A stretch of 64,000 bases of DNA from a virus (taxonomy: Duplodnaviria > Caudoviricetes). Position numbers and translations under genes: made by a program. The notes under the pieces are model-generated. The model searched no databases. It saw only the letters and a program-made list of their open reading frames with translations, and was not told the origin of the DNA. The stretch is taken from the IMG/VR virus record IMGVR_UViG_2904150443_000004, positions 32,001 through 96,000 of that record; one strand, written 5' to 3'. How positions within the stretch are numbered: the stretch's first letter is position 1; each line of letters opens with the position of its first letter. Positions 11,165-22,484 of this stretch are shown piece by piece.

Positions 11165-11209
11165 TTGTTGCCTTTTCTCTTTGCCGAGTGATATATTAAT
11201 GATCAAGAG

Positions 11210-11452
11210 GTGATACAAATGTTGGAGCAAGATAAGCAAGAACTAATTAACCTTGGTAAGCGAATGTTTTGCACAGAGTGTGGGAAGCGAGAACATGAGT
11301 TTACGACCATTAATAAAGAAGAAACGATTAACGGTAAAGTCTACACTATTCCTAACGTCCCTGTGATGCGTTGTAAGCATTGTAATGCTATTGCTTATCC
11401 ATCGTTTGCATTCGACCATATAGACGAATACAAAGAACAATTAAACCAATAG
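11210..11452 (+). CDS. YgiT/MqsA-type zinc-finger protein, putative antitoxin
   Basis: CTECG...IPNVPVMRCKHC directly downstream of the DUF4258 gene. Confidence 0.75.
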   Translation: MIQMLEQDKQELINLGKRMFCTECGKREHEFTTINKEETINGKVYTIPNVPVMRCKHCNAIAYPSFAFDHIDEYKEQLNQ

Positions 11453-11524
11453 GGAACGAATGGCCTTATTGGTTTTTCTTTTGAAAAATAATAATAGAAA
11501 ATAATAAAAATCATCTTATAACCA

Positions 11525-11554
11525 CTTTACATATATAAAGATATATGTTATATT
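11525..11554 (+). promoter_or_regulatory. SigA-type promoter with perfect CTTTA-N6-TAAAG operator
   Basis: TTTACA(11526)-17 bp-TATATT with TG extension. Confidence 0.65.
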
Positions 11555-11743
11555 TAATTCAACGAAGGAAATGAATAAATATAAAAAGGTGGTAATGAAG
11601 ATGAGCAGAACACAATTAATCGTTGCAATGTCAAAGATCCAAAGAAAGCAAGAAATTAAAAAGTTAACGGTTGTTGGTGCATTGCTCTCTAAGTAATAAA
11701 ACAAATAATTAAAAAACTATAATATACTAAAGGAGAAAATAAA

Positions 11744-12070
11744 ATGAAAAAAACATTTATCGTAGTATTCACACTTGTAATGATGATGATTAGCACGAAT
11801 GTTGTTAAGGCTGCTGAAGCAAATCAAGTTTCTACTAAGGTTGATTACATCTACTTTGATAAGACTTCGAAAGTGTATTATGCGGTATCTGTAAAAGATG
11901 CAGACGGTGGACATTGGGTAGTAGACTTGTTGTATTACGATACATATGACGAAGTACTGGAAAAGGCGCTTAACAAGTCTCTTAAAGGGAAGAAACTTAA
12001 AATCAGCTACGAAGGCAATCTGGAAACTGATGAGGAAGTGTTGATTGTCGAAAGTGAAATTGTAAAATGA
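11744..12070 (+). CDS. Secreted hypothetical protein
   Basis: MKK + hydrophobic stretch + VKA signal peptide; AAGGAG RBS. Confidence 0.7.
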   Translation: MKKTFIVVFTLVMMMISTNVVKAAEANQVSTKVDYIYFDKTSKVYYAVSVKDADGGHWVVDLLYYDTYDEVLEKALNKSLKGKKLKISYEGNLETDEEVLIVESEIVK

Positions 12071-12082
12071 CAAAAATAAAAT

Positions 12083-14193
12083 ATGGTTCTAGAAACAATA
12101 AAAAAAGTGAATGCAAGTGATGTGTTCCTTCCCCTCATTACTGAGGGGGAGGAGGATGCAAATAACTATAATAATGGAGGAGTTAAAATGAACAAATCAA
12201 AAAGAGAAAGAAAGTTTAAAATTGGTGATGATGTTATTTGGACGAATTCAAATGGAGTGAATCTTGGTAAGCGAAAAATTATAGGATATGATACAAGGTC
12301 AGGTGAAACATATTTTGAATATACTTATTACATTGACCCAATTGATACACCTTGGTTTTCCATTGGTGAAAGTGAATTAAAGTTGTGTAATCCTTTAAAG
12401 CAAGAAAAAAACTAGAATATTCTGAATGGAGGAATAAAAAATGCTGGTAGTTGATGCGAGTTTGTGGGGCGACTGGGACGAAATGTTCAAATATATACGA
12501 CAATTTAAAGATAAATGTAAAATTACAATTGTGAATGCTTCATATTTGTTAGAGGTTATGTATGGTGAAGAGTTAAGGGAATTAGGATTTATCAAATAAA
12601 ATTAACATTCACTACGAAAGGACAGTGATTTTAATGAATAAGTTGAAGAAGAAAGTTATAAAACTACTTGAATCAAATGGGTACGATCTTGAAGTAGAAG
12701 GCCATATAATTTATACACCAAATTGTACAATTGAGATTCGTAATGATCAGATAACCGTTAATGAACAACCAATTGACTATAACAGTGATATTGATGAAAT
12801 ATATTACGCAGTTGCTGAAGTAGAGGGGTAGTAAGCAAATCAAATTTTAATTATATTCGAACTTGGAGGAATCGGAATGGCAATAGAAAATGTGTATGTA
12901 CAATTAGAAATTAATAAAGACACTGATGCAGTCCATATTGATAAGATGTTCTTAGCTCCAGATCTACAAGAGAATTATAACTATGACTTGAATTTGCACA
13001 AAGGTTATTCATGGGCTGATAAATTTGAAGTATTAGAAGGATATGAGTTGAAATTTATTTTACTAAAGGATGTAAATTATGACGGAAGAAAACGTAAAAT
13101 TACAGATAGCGATATTAAAATTAAATTGTCTGAATTAAATTTAGCTCAAATTCCCAAAGAACCATCGATGTTTGGATATTCGGCTAAGGCTACAGAGAAA
13201 TTAAAAGAATTAGTTTTAAACAACTTAGAAAAACGTAAACAGTTAATAGGTGAAGGTAAAATAATTAATTTAAAAGATATTGCATAATCAAATGAAATGT
13301 TATTTCAATATGATACGGAGGAATAAATATGGCGCGATTTAATGGAGTTGAGTTAACAGACGAATCAATTCAGAAAACTAGAAAATGGTTTGCCGATAAT
13401 GCAATAGCGTGTATCGAGGAAGTCAAAAGTGGAAAACAAAATGTAAATGATAGTGAAGCGTATTTTTCGTGGAGAAATGATCAAGCAAGAGAATACAAAG
13501 AAGGTCACAGTGATCACACTTTAACATTCTTGCAACGTGCATATTTTATTCAAAGTGGAGAATGCATAGCATTATTGCCTCAAACTATCAAACAGACAAT
13601 GAAATGTTACTTTCATATAAATAAAATAATAATTAAAGTATAATAAATATATTGACTTTATATTTATAAAGTTATATAATAATAATATAAAGAAAACACT
13701 CATATACATAGAGGAGGCTGTAATAAATGGGGAAATTGCAATTTATCGAAAAAGCAAATGTTGAATTATTATATGGGCGTGGAGTTGTAGAAAGAAAAAT
13801 ATTTGAATATGAAGATAAGGCGATTTTTAAACATATGGGATCATGGCACTTTTGTAAAAAGGTGGATGGAAAATGGAAGAAATATGAGATTAAAGTAGAT
13901 CAATACAGAATTTTAAAGCCTAAAGTTTAAGACGGATGGAGGATTTATTGAGCTGCTACTAATATATAGGAGGAATAACAATGGATTTCAAATTAGCTGT
14001 AAAATCATTGCCTGAAGGTGTTTCATATGACCCTATGGAACACACTTCAATATATGATTTAATATATTTGGTACAACATGAGTTAGATCTAATTGAGGAA
14101 GAGCCAGAACATTATAATCATTTATCAGTAAGGGAACTAAATAATCTTAAAATTAATTGCGGAAAATTTATAAGGAAATATCTATTATGTTGA
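12083..14193 (+). other. Run of small hypothetical phage genes (12083/12188, unlisted 12441-12599, 12625, 12877, 13329, 13727, 13981)
   Basis: Co-oriented short ORFs with GGAGG-type RBSs. Confidence 0.7.
13652..13680 (+). promoter_or_regulatory. SigA promoter with CTTTA-N6-TAAAG operator
   Basis: TTGACT-17 bp-TATAAT; palindrome at 13656-13671. Confidence 0.8.
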
Positions 14194-14350
14194 AATACTG
14201 TTTTCATTAATTCGATATATTACAAAAAATCAATAGTATTTATTGCTTATATTATAACGATTATGTGTTGAAATCTATTAGGTCATATGGTAATATATTC
14301 CTAGAAATACACAATCCAATACATCATACTATTTTGTAGGAGCGTGTAGA

Positions 14351-14788
14351 ATGAAAAAGAAAGTAGTTTTATTCCTTACTGTTTTAACTCTGACTGCCCT
14401 TCCAACAAGTGTTTTTGCTCAAAGTGTGACTTCATACAATCCACTCAAGAATGTATTCAATCAAAAATATTCACCACTCGCTTATGAATCAAAATCAGGT
14501 GTGTTGCCAAGCAGCGGAGAAGTTGAATATTCAATCGATTACAGTTCTGAAGATGGTGCCCACCTCAGAGTATATTTAGGGGATGACGATAAAAAGGGAA
14601 TGAAATTGGTAGTTTACGATCCGAGCAATAAAGTATTTGCTTCTGGAGAAACAAAATCAAGCAATAGCTATCAAGTAACGTTGGAAACAAAGCCAACAAA
14701 GGAAGGAACATATAGAATTAAGATCGTATCTAACGATGGTGACGGTGGATGGGATTACGGTTACACTTCCGCAGCTAGAGTGTATTAG
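14351..14788 (+). CDS. Secreted beta-sandwich (PPC-like) protein
   Basis: Signal peptide ending VFA; EGTYRIKIVS motif; followed by its own terminator. Confidence 0.65.
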   Translation: MKKKVVLFLTVLTLTALPTSVFAQSVTSYNPLKNVFNQKYSPLAYESKSGVLPSSGEVEYSIDYSSEDGAHLRVYLGDDDKKGMKLVVYDPSNKVFASGETKSSNSYQVTLETKPTKEGTYRIKIVSNDGDGGWDYGYTSAARVY

Positions 14789-14849
14789 TTAAAAGTTAAA
14801 ACATTCTACTAAAGAAGAGATAGCAACGGAATTAAACATATTGTACATG

Positions 14850-14873
14850 AGAGCCTTTAGAGGCTCTTTTTTT
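14850..14873 (+). terminator. Intrinsic terminator
   Basis: AGAGCCT-TTAG-AGGCTCT plus T tract. Confidence 0.85.
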
Positions 14874-14905
14874 AGTGTAAAATATCAATAAATAATAAAA
14901 TTATA

Positions 14906-14934
14906 TTGACTTCGCAAAAATAAAGAATTATAAT
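14906..14934 (+). promoter_or_regulatory. SigA promoter with degenerate operator
   Basis: TTGACT-17 bp-TATAAT; CTTCG-N6-TAAAG. Confidence 0.75.
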
Positions 14935-14967
14935 GAATATAAGATAAATACATAGGAGGCATTTAAT

Positions 14968-15677
14968 GTGGATAAGATGGAAAAAGCTATTAATAGAGTT
15001 GATCGCTATGAATCAAAGTTAAATAACCATCTAGAATTAATAAAGAAGTTGGGTATTGATGCAGGTGCGTTTTGGGCTTCATTCCCTGCTGGTTCTGAAG
15101 AAAGAAAATCACTTACCGAACTAGAGAGAATACAACGTGATTTGAGCAATGCTAGAGAAGAACTTTCTAAGAGAGTGAAAATTGAAAACAAGAAAGGCAC
15201 GAAATCAGAACAGCCAATGAAGCATGATAGACCTTCTCTTTGGATGCAATCAAAAACTGGCATGTGGCATAAACATGCAGGCAATTATTTTGGTGAAGCA
15301 ATTGCAAGCTGTCAAAGTTACAACTTAGATAGAATAAATGCATTATACGGTGATCCTGTAAGTAGTCCACCAGATGGAGCAAAGATATGCAAGAAGTGCT
15401 TGAGCAAGAGTTCAGGAAAGACATGGAGAGAATGAGAATGGAAGCTATAAGAGAAGAATTTGAAAGAGTAAGGAACAACATGGCGAATGGTGATACACTT
15501 CATTTACTGGTTGCAGGATATGAGGCCGAATTTATATACACTAACGAAAATTATGTATTGAAAATAAGAAGGGAACAGGAAGTGCTATTTTATCATGGAA
15601 ATATTGATTTTGAGAAAATAGTTAATCTTGAAGAATACTACTTACAAAATAATTGCTTTCCAGATTGTCTAACGTAA
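14968..15677 (+). other. Two hypothetical genes (14968-15435 with Cys/His-rich C-terminus; 15387/15432-15677)
   Basis: RBS AGGAGG; overlapping stop/start; bidirectional hairpin at 15676-15706. Confidence 0.6.
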
Positions 15678-15703
15678 AAAGCCTGTAGGATTGTACTACA
15701 GGC

Positions 15704-16174
15704 TTAACTTATTTTATCCATGGCCCCAAGATCCTTGGCACGTCTCAAAATCTCCATAAGACTATTCAAGTCATCACTATTAGTATTCTGTCTTAAACTT
15801 CTTACTTCATCCTTAAGGTGCTGAATCTGCTTGTCCTTTTCATTCAGCAATTGTTCGAATCTGGAAAGGTAAGCAATGATTGAATCAAAGGGCGTTGTTG
15901 AACTCTCAACTTTTACTGACTTATTTCCCTTCAATTTTGCACGTTCTGTCTTGGCCTGTCTTATCTCGTTCTTATAGTCGTTTCTAACCTCTGAATTCCA
16001 TCTGAATCCACAAGCTGCTGGCGTTCTATTTAACGCTTCTGCGACCTCATCAAAGGCGTTTAATTGCGTACTGCCTTTGCTAATGTGAGATATCACAGTT
16101 TGAGCTAGTAAAATATTTTCTTGATTAGACCACTTGTCCTTTCTTTCCATATGTACAACCCTCCTTAGATCCAT
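15704..16174 (-). CDS. rsfA: RsfA/YlbO-family sporulation transcriptional regulator
   Basis: RKDKWS...GSTQLNAFDEVAEALNRTPAACGFRWNS signature. Confidence 0.88.
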   Translation of the reverse strand: MDLRRVVHMERKDKWSNQENILLAQTVISHISKGSTQLNAFDEVAEALNRTPAACGFRWNSEVRNDYKNEIRQAKTERAKLKGNKSVKVESSTTPFDSIIAYLSRFEQLLNEKDKQIQHLKDEVRSLRQNTNSDDLNSLMEILRRAKDLGAMDKIS

Positions 16175-16335
16175 TCTATACAGTCAAATATCAATTTATA
16201 CTTAGGGTATGAAATAGTTCTTTTATAAGAAAATAATGGTTGACGCACATACGACATTGTGATAAATTGGATTTAGTAAGTCGTACATACGACAAATGCC
16301 AAGATATCAAATGATGATGAGAGGATGAAGAGAAT

Positions 16336-16691
16336 ATGAAATCATGGACGCGCCAAGGATATAGAGTAGTTGAATCTGAATTAAATTTTGACTTACATCA
16401 ATTTGAAGTGATTCAAGACGAAAAGGTAATAGCTACTATTGTACCTCCAGATATGGAATCAATGGAGCAAATAATAAGCGATTTAGATGCTGGTGAAGAT
16501 GTGAACGGTTGGGAAGATGGAATGGGCAATACGATATATATCGAAAAAAAGTAACACCGCTGGACTGTGTAACCACAGTAAAAGGATATGCAATAGAGAA
16601 TGATATTAATATTCGCACAGTTCAGCGTATGTGTGAAGACGGAAGACTAAAAGCAAAGAATGTACACGGTGTTTGGTTAATAGAATACTAA
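16336..16691 (+). CDS. 72-aa hypothetical domain joined by a -1 frameshift to an excisionase-like HTH
   Basis: A_AAA_AAG (16545-16551) immediately before TAA; the -1 frame reads VTPLD...RTVQRMCEDGRLKAKNVHGVWLI. Confidence 0.6.
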
Positions 16692-16752
16692 AAACTCATT
16701 CTTTGCTTCACCTTTTATAAAATAAAATATATGATCAATAACAAAATATATA

Positions 16753-16781
16753 TTGACTTTATTTTTCTAAAGGGATATAAT
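16753..16781 (+). promoter_or_regulatory. SigA promoter with CTTTA-N6-TAAAG operator
   Basis: TTGACT-17 bp-TATAAT; palindrome at 16757-16772. Confidence 0.8.
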
Positions 16782-16819
16782 AAAATTATCAAATACATAG
16801 TACGTGGAGGCAATTATCA

Positions 16820-17044
16820 ATGAAAAAATCAGAACTAACAATTTCAGAAATTATACAATTATCTACTGAACTTGGGAGCTTTGGATATAGAACAATTGAT
16901 CAGTTTTTATTTAAAAAGTTTGGATTCGATTATTATGAACTTCCTTTTTACAATGACTTAAAAACAACATTAGAAGCAATCATGGAACGTGTCGAAATTA
17001 AAAACCCTAATGGGTATGTTGAATATCAATGGGTTGATAAATAA
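16820..17044 (+). CDS. Hypothetical protein
   Basis: GGAGG RBS; directly behind the promoter. Confidence 0.65.
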   Translation: MKKSELTISEIIQLSTELGSFGYRTIDQFLFKKFGFDYYELPFYNDLKTTLEAIMERVEIKNPNGYVEYQWVDK

Positions 17045-17100
17045 AATAAATTAATTAATGTAATACAATCAATACAATACATAATCTGGAGGCGTTAGAT

Positions 17101-19368
17101 ATGTACTATGGAGATAAGAGAGAAGCAAAAGTAATGATCATGGAAAAGTTAATTGAAAACGGTTGGAAAGTGTATGGATATAAAGCAGATGAATCTGACT
17201 CGATGGTTGATTACTACTCTCCAGCTTCATGGGATGGAATCGCAGAAAAAAACGGATATGTTCTTGTTATCGATCAATACAATAATCGCCAATCTGGATA
17301 TCAAGTAAAAAAATATAATTATAATAACAAAAAATACATAGAAAATAAGAGGATTGCAAAACTAACTGCAATGATGAACGATTCAGCATCCACTGAAAAT
17401 GAAAAAGCTTCTTGTGCTGTGCTTATCGAAAAAGAGAAAGAAAAAGCAGGAGAGGGGCAAGAATATACAGTAATCGAAACTTACCCAACGTTTCAACATG
17501 GCAACCCTAAAGCCTGCTCATGGCACATTGAAAAAGATGGTCAAATTATTGCTAAGGGGAAAGGTGTATTTTCAGTTAATGAATACAATTGGGAAGATAA
17601 AACTAAAACAGCAGATGAACAAAAAGCAGAAAAACTAAATAAATTCGTTAAGAAAATTGAAAAAGTATTAACTGACTCGGATGCATTAAAATCTGAAGTA
17701 GTGAAAGTAGAAAAGACAGTTATTAAACCAGTTGAAAAGGAAGGAAAAACTATTAACATTGGTGACATCCTTTCTTTTTCGTATCATGGACATTATTGGA
17801 TTGTCAATGATGTTTATACAGTAGGTGAACAGATTCGCGTAACGTATGAGATTCTAGGAAGCGAAAAAAGAGGGTATCAACGTAAAAAAAATGCTAAGAG
17901 ATACTACCAACCAATGAACCGCCTTGAAAAAGAAATGCAAGAAGGGAGGGTAAAAGTTTACACATTACAAGAGGTAATCGAATATACAGAAAAAACTGTA
18001 TTCACTAAAACAAAACGTTCTCAGAAAGTTACTAATGCTATTCAGCTTGAAACACAAGAAGCATATGACACACAAACACAAGACCCAAAAGAGAATAATG
18101 CTACGGATCAAGAACAAGCTTCTAAACGTCAACTGTGGGCTTTACATTGTGCCACAAGATTAAATACAACTAATCTAGTCATTAGTAAACAGAAGGCCAG
18201 TGATTTGATTAGCAAATCGAAGGCAGGTCAAAATATTGTTGAAGAAATTGAATTTATGATGAATATCGATGATAGCAACAATGAAGCTAAAGTAAGTCAA
18301 ACAACCGAAAGTAAAAAGCAACACGATCAAACAAATTTCATTGAAAAAATTGATAAACAGATCGAGTCAGCCCAAATTAAATTAGATTCTTTATCTGGTA
18401 ATTATAAAACAAATACGTGGAAACGGCAGCAAGAAGAAGTCGGTAGAGAAATGAAACGTAATTCATTGCGTTTTGATATTTCTTTGCTTGAGTATCTTAG
18501 AAATAAAGCTACATTGAACGAAATGACTAATTTTGAGCAATGTCTTTTAGTTGGATCTTTTCGTGATCAGATACAGAATTATTCAATACAGAAATATGAA
18601 TATAAATATCCTGAAATTGATACTCGTTTTGATTTAAATAACTGGTATAATGCTGAAATACCTAAAAAGCAAAAAAGACTGCAAAAGGCAGGGATATATA
18701 ATACTCATCAACTGATTGAAGCAGTAGAAGAATATAAAATTATTAAAGATAAAATACAAAGACCTATTGATCCAATCAAAGTAAAAATCAAGAAACTGGA
18801 ATCAAATGTGAAATTGGTTAAAATTTATGGATATTTTCCTACACCTGCGAACATTGTTAATCAAATGATTGAATTGGCAGATTTAAGAGACGGAGAAATA
18901 GTTCTAGAACCGTCAGCAGGCAATGGCAATATACTAGATGGAATAACCGTCCATGCACAAGAAAATGGTTTAGAATTGAAATTAGAAGCGATTGAACGGA
19001 ATCATACTTTATCAGAAATATTAAAATTGAAAAACTATAATGTAATTTCAGATGACTTTATAACATATGAATGCGAAATAAAATATGATAAAGTTATTAT
19101 GAATCCACCATTTGAAAAGAATCAGGATATTGAACATGTATTACATGCTTACAGTTGCTTAAAAGATGGAGGTAAATTGATTGCTATCATGTCGCCTCAT
19201 TGGACATTTGCAAATGACGCTAAAAGTATACATTTCCGAAGTTGGTTAAGTGACAAAGGATATTATGAAAAGCTCCCAGATGGTTCATTTAAAGAGTCAG
19301 GAACAGGGGTGAATACTATATTAGTTGTGATTGAAAAAATTGAAATCGAAGCATCTGAAGCCGTTTAG
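17101..19368 (+). CDS. Large multidomain protein with C-terminal N6-adenine DNA methyltransferase
   Basis: YFPTP, VLEPSAGNG (motif I), IMNPPF (motif IV), FKESGTGV. Confidence 0.85.
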   Translation: MYYGDKREAKVMIMEKLIENGWKVYGYKADESDSMVDYYSPASWDGIAEKNGYVLVIDQYNNRQSGYQVKKYNYNNKKYIENKRIAKLTAMMNDSASTENEKASCAVLIEKEKEKAGEGQEYTVIETYPTFQHGNPKACSWHIEKDGQIIAKGKGVFSVNEYNWEDKTKTADEQKAEKLNKFVKKIEKVLTDSDALKSEVVKVEKTVIKPVEKEGKTINIGDILSFSYHGHYWIVNDVYTVGEQIRVTYEILGSEKRGYQRKKNAKRYYQPMNRLEKEMQEGRVKVYTLQEVIEYTEKTVFTKTKRSQKVTNAIQLETQEAYDTQTQDPKENNATDQEQASKRQLWALHCATRLNTTNLVISKQKASDLISKSKAGQNIVEEIEFMMNIDDSNNEAKVSQTTESKKQHDQTNFIEKIDKQIESAQIKLDSLSGNYKTNTWKRQQEEVGREMKRNSLRFDISLLEYLRNKATLNEMTNFEQCLLVGSFRDQIQNYSIQKYEYKYPEIDTRFDLNNWYNAEIPKKQKRLQKAGIYNTHQLIEAVEEYKIIKDKIQRPIDPIKVKIKKLESNVKLVKIYGYFPTPANIVNQMIELADLRDGEIVLEPSAGNGNILDGITVHAQENGLELKLEAIERNHTLSEILKLKNYNVISDDFITYECEIKYDKVIMNPPFEKNQDIEHVLHAYSCLKDGGKLIAIMSPHWTFANDAKSIHFRSWLSDKGYYEKLPDGSFKESGTGVNTILVVIEKIEIEASEAV

Positions 19369-19531
19369 GGGGACTGGTGATTTACCTATTAATAGAAAAG
19401 AAATGTATTGAAAAATGTTAAGAAAATTGAGAAATAAAAGTGAAATATTTATAAACAATCAATTATTCAATAGAATAACTTACCTTTCACCTTACTATTG
19501 AATTATTAGTATAATGGAGTAGGGTGATATT

Positions 19532-20371
19532 ATGTTCGTTTCTCCAATGTTACTACAGTACACAGAAAACAATCTTCCTTTTGATAGTCCAAACCACGCT
19601 GCCGAATTGAAGTTTGATGGATTTAGGCTTGTATTATCTAAAATGGATCAGGTTAGATTATATACACGGCACAATAACGAAGTAACCACGACCTTTTCTG
19701 AGTTACTTGAGATTGATTTACCCAATAATACAATACTAGATGGTGAAGTTATATTAACAGACAATCAAGGGAAGCCAGATTTTGAAGAGCTACAAAAGAG
19801 ATTCAAGTCTAAACGTGATAAGCGTAAAGTCACATTTGTTGCATTCGACATTGTTATGTATAAGGGTGTTGATGTTACAGGCTTGCCATTGTTCAGACGA
19901 AAGGAATTGCTTGAGGAAGCCTTTCCAGAATCAGATAGACATACTAAGAGTAGATTCATGACAGGAAGCCCAGTAGACGTCTTTGAGGTCGTTAAAGGAG
20001 CCATGCTCGAAGGCATTGTAATCAAGAATATAAATTCGACTTACAAAGTAAATAAGCGTTCATGGGATTGGCAAAAGGCAATAAATTGGACATATGCTGA
20101 TGTGCATATCACAGGTTATAGAAAAAATGAGTTTGGATGGTTAACATCGATCATAACTGAGAATGGAACGTTAAGGCCAGTTGGTATTTTAGAGTTGGGG
20201 GTTTCCCCAGATCAAAAGAAAGAGTTTAACCGTGTGAAAAAGAAATTGGCTTATAAAGAAGATAATAATTATGTTTATATGGAGCCATTTGTTAAAGCCA
20301 GAGTAAAGACTCGAAACTGGACTAAGAATGGTATGTTAAGATCGCCAGCAATGGAATCATTTATTTTATGA
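19532..20371 (+). CDS. ATP-dependent DNA ligase (LigD ligase domain / SPbeta LigB-like)
   Basis: ELKFDGFR, LDGEV, AFDI, EGIVIK and LRSP motifs. Confidence 0.92.
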   Translation: MFVSPMLLQYTENNLPFDSPNHAAELKFDGFRLVLSKMDQVRLYTRHNNEVTTTFSELLEIDLPNNTILDGEVILTDNQGKPDFEELQKRFKSKRDKRKVTFVAFDIVMYKGVDVTGLPLFRRKELLEEAFPESDRHTKSRFMTGSPVDVFEVVKGAMLEGIVIKNINSTYKVNKRSWDWQKAINWTYADVHITGYRKNEFGWLTSIITENGTLRPVGILELGVSPDQKKEFNRVKKKLAYKEDNNYVYMEPFVKARVKTRNWTKNGMLRSPAMESFIL

Positions 20372-20372
20372 G

Positions 20373-20394
20373 GCCGAAGAAATTCGGCTTTTTT
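20373..20394 (+). terminator. Intrinsic terminator
   Basis: GCCGAA-GAAA-TTCGGC plus T6. Confidence 0.85.
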
Positions 20395-20506
20395 ACATAT
20401 TTAAAGGAATAAAATATGAAAATATATTATAGATATTGTATTGACATCACGCGTGCGTGAATGATATACTAGTACCAAGATAAGGAAATAGAGAAAAGGT
20501 GATTGG

Positions 20507-20896
20507 ATGTTAAGAATTAACCTGAATGATCCTGACATTATGAGCACCAAGGAAGCAGCTACTCGATGGGGCAAAAAGGATGATTCCTCGATAAGACATC
20601 GAAGAGATGAATTCCCAGATGGTACGCTTCGAAAAGTAGGGCGTGATTGGGTTGTTACTAGGGAAGGTATGGAATTTGTATTTGGATTATCAACAGAGGG
20701 TTATTATATGGAAAGACAATCATTTATTGGACTTCAAAAAGAAAAGAGAGTTGAACATGAATTGTTAGGTAAGGGCACTGTAACAGCAATTTCACCTACT
20801 CATGATGTTGTGGTACAAGTACTATTTGATAATTATCAAGGTAGTGCACAATGGATGGTTGATGCAACATTGGTGAAAATAGAAAGCGATATTTAA
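20507..20896 (+). CDS. Excisionase-like HTH protein
   Basis: IMSTKEAATRWG...RKVGRDWVVT; palindrome TCACGC-GT-GCGTGA (20447-20460) in its promoter spacer. Confidence 0.7.
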   Translation: MLRINLNDPDIMSTKEAATRWGKKDDSSIRHRRDEFPDGTLRKVGRDWVVTREGMEFVFGLSTEGYYMERQSFIGLQKEKRVEHELLGKGTVTAISPTHDVVVQVLFDNYQGSAQWMVDATLVKIESDI

Positions 20897-20945
20897 ATGT
20901 AACTGTTGATTCAACGGGAAATAGATTAATACTAATACCATAGGA

Positions 20946-22461
20946 GTGATAGAAATGAGTAATCAGCTGAAGGATTTTTATGAAACAAATGCTTTTGAGT
21001 GTCCAACAACTAAAGCGCTAATCAAAGGTGTATATTTTCCGAGTTTAAATGAATTAAAATTTAGAGTGAACGAAAAAACAGAAGAAACCGACTGGGAGAC
21101 ACTAAAATGGCGCTTGAAAGCAGAAATTAGAATTTTAGGTGGCCTTAAGGCTGCAAACGATCATCTAGAAAAACTAGGATTGAATGTAGCGGAAATTAAT
21201 TTTAACTAAATTACTGTTTTATTTTAGAAAGGAGAGGTATCGATGAAATTGTTTTATGCCTATCATGAAAAGTACATAGAGGATTTTGGAGTTTACGCAG
21301 TTAAAAGCTCAGATGAGTTAATGGAAATTTTAGCAAAGGAAGAAAACAAGGAAGTTACATATGTGCGACAAAATTATATTTACGGTGAAATGACGCAATA
21401 TATAAATGAGAGAACAGGAAAGAAATATAAAGTTGTTCTTGAAGAAGTATAAGGTAAACAATGAAAAGGTTATCGGATATCGGAGGTGCATTAAATGAGA
21501 GTATTTATGATTGATGGAGAAAAATACACTACTTTCGAATACGGAATGTACATGCTAGATAAGACCTTTTCTGAAGGTAATGGGATTCTTGATCCTAAAG
21601 TAATGACGCATGATGAAATATCTGCATGGGGATTAGGATTCATTCTTGTTCAATTAAGTGAACGTGATGATATTGAAGAAATTGTATCATAAAAGGGTTA
21701 TTTCATAGGGTAAAATTAAAAGAGATTGGAGAGCTAATAAATGAATGTTTATGAACTCATTTGGTTACATGGCAAGAAAGAATTTGTTATTGGAAATGAT
21801 ATCTCAGATGCCATAAATAATGCAGGAATCGGCAGAGGAGCTTTACAAGCACTGGACTATTGGAAAGAGGTCAGCGAGTTACCAGATCATTTGAAGAAGT
21901 TTGAAATCGTATCTGACAATGGAACCACTGATGAAATTTTTAATCCAAGCTTCATAAATAAGTTGAATGAAACGAGTTTTGAAGTTGGTTCTATCACTGA
22001 GATAAAACTAAGTACCCTGATATTCAAATATCAATTTATTGGTAAGTCAAAAACTGGATATCAATATAAGCAAATAGCATCATGATTCTAAATGAAATGA
22101 CTGTTTGATGGGAGGACTTACATTGAAAGCGAAAGTATTTGTGGATGAAGGGACAGGCTTATGTCAAGAACAGAAAGATATACTCACTAGAAGATATGAA
22201 TCATATGTGACTTACGCGGTACCTTTGATTGTTAACTATGAAGACATGATCATTCTCGACCAAAATTTAGATTTAACTGAAACACTTGATTATGTTTTTG
22301 CTTGTTCAAATGTTAAGTTTCTTAATTTCTTTATGGTTAGATTGGCTAAAGAAGCTGGAAGACAAATTGCAAACAGTAGATTTGTTAATGTCAACACTCC
22401 TATAGGGGTATGCGCTTTTGTTCATGACGAAAAAAATGATCAATGGACATTGGTGAATTAA
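20946..22461 (+). other. Small hypothetical genes (20946, 21243, 21495, 21741, 22105)
   Basis: Short co-oriented ORFs, several separated by the 16-bp boundary motif. Confidence 0.7.
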
Positions 22462-22484
22462 TGTGAAACTGTTTTAAACGAGGT

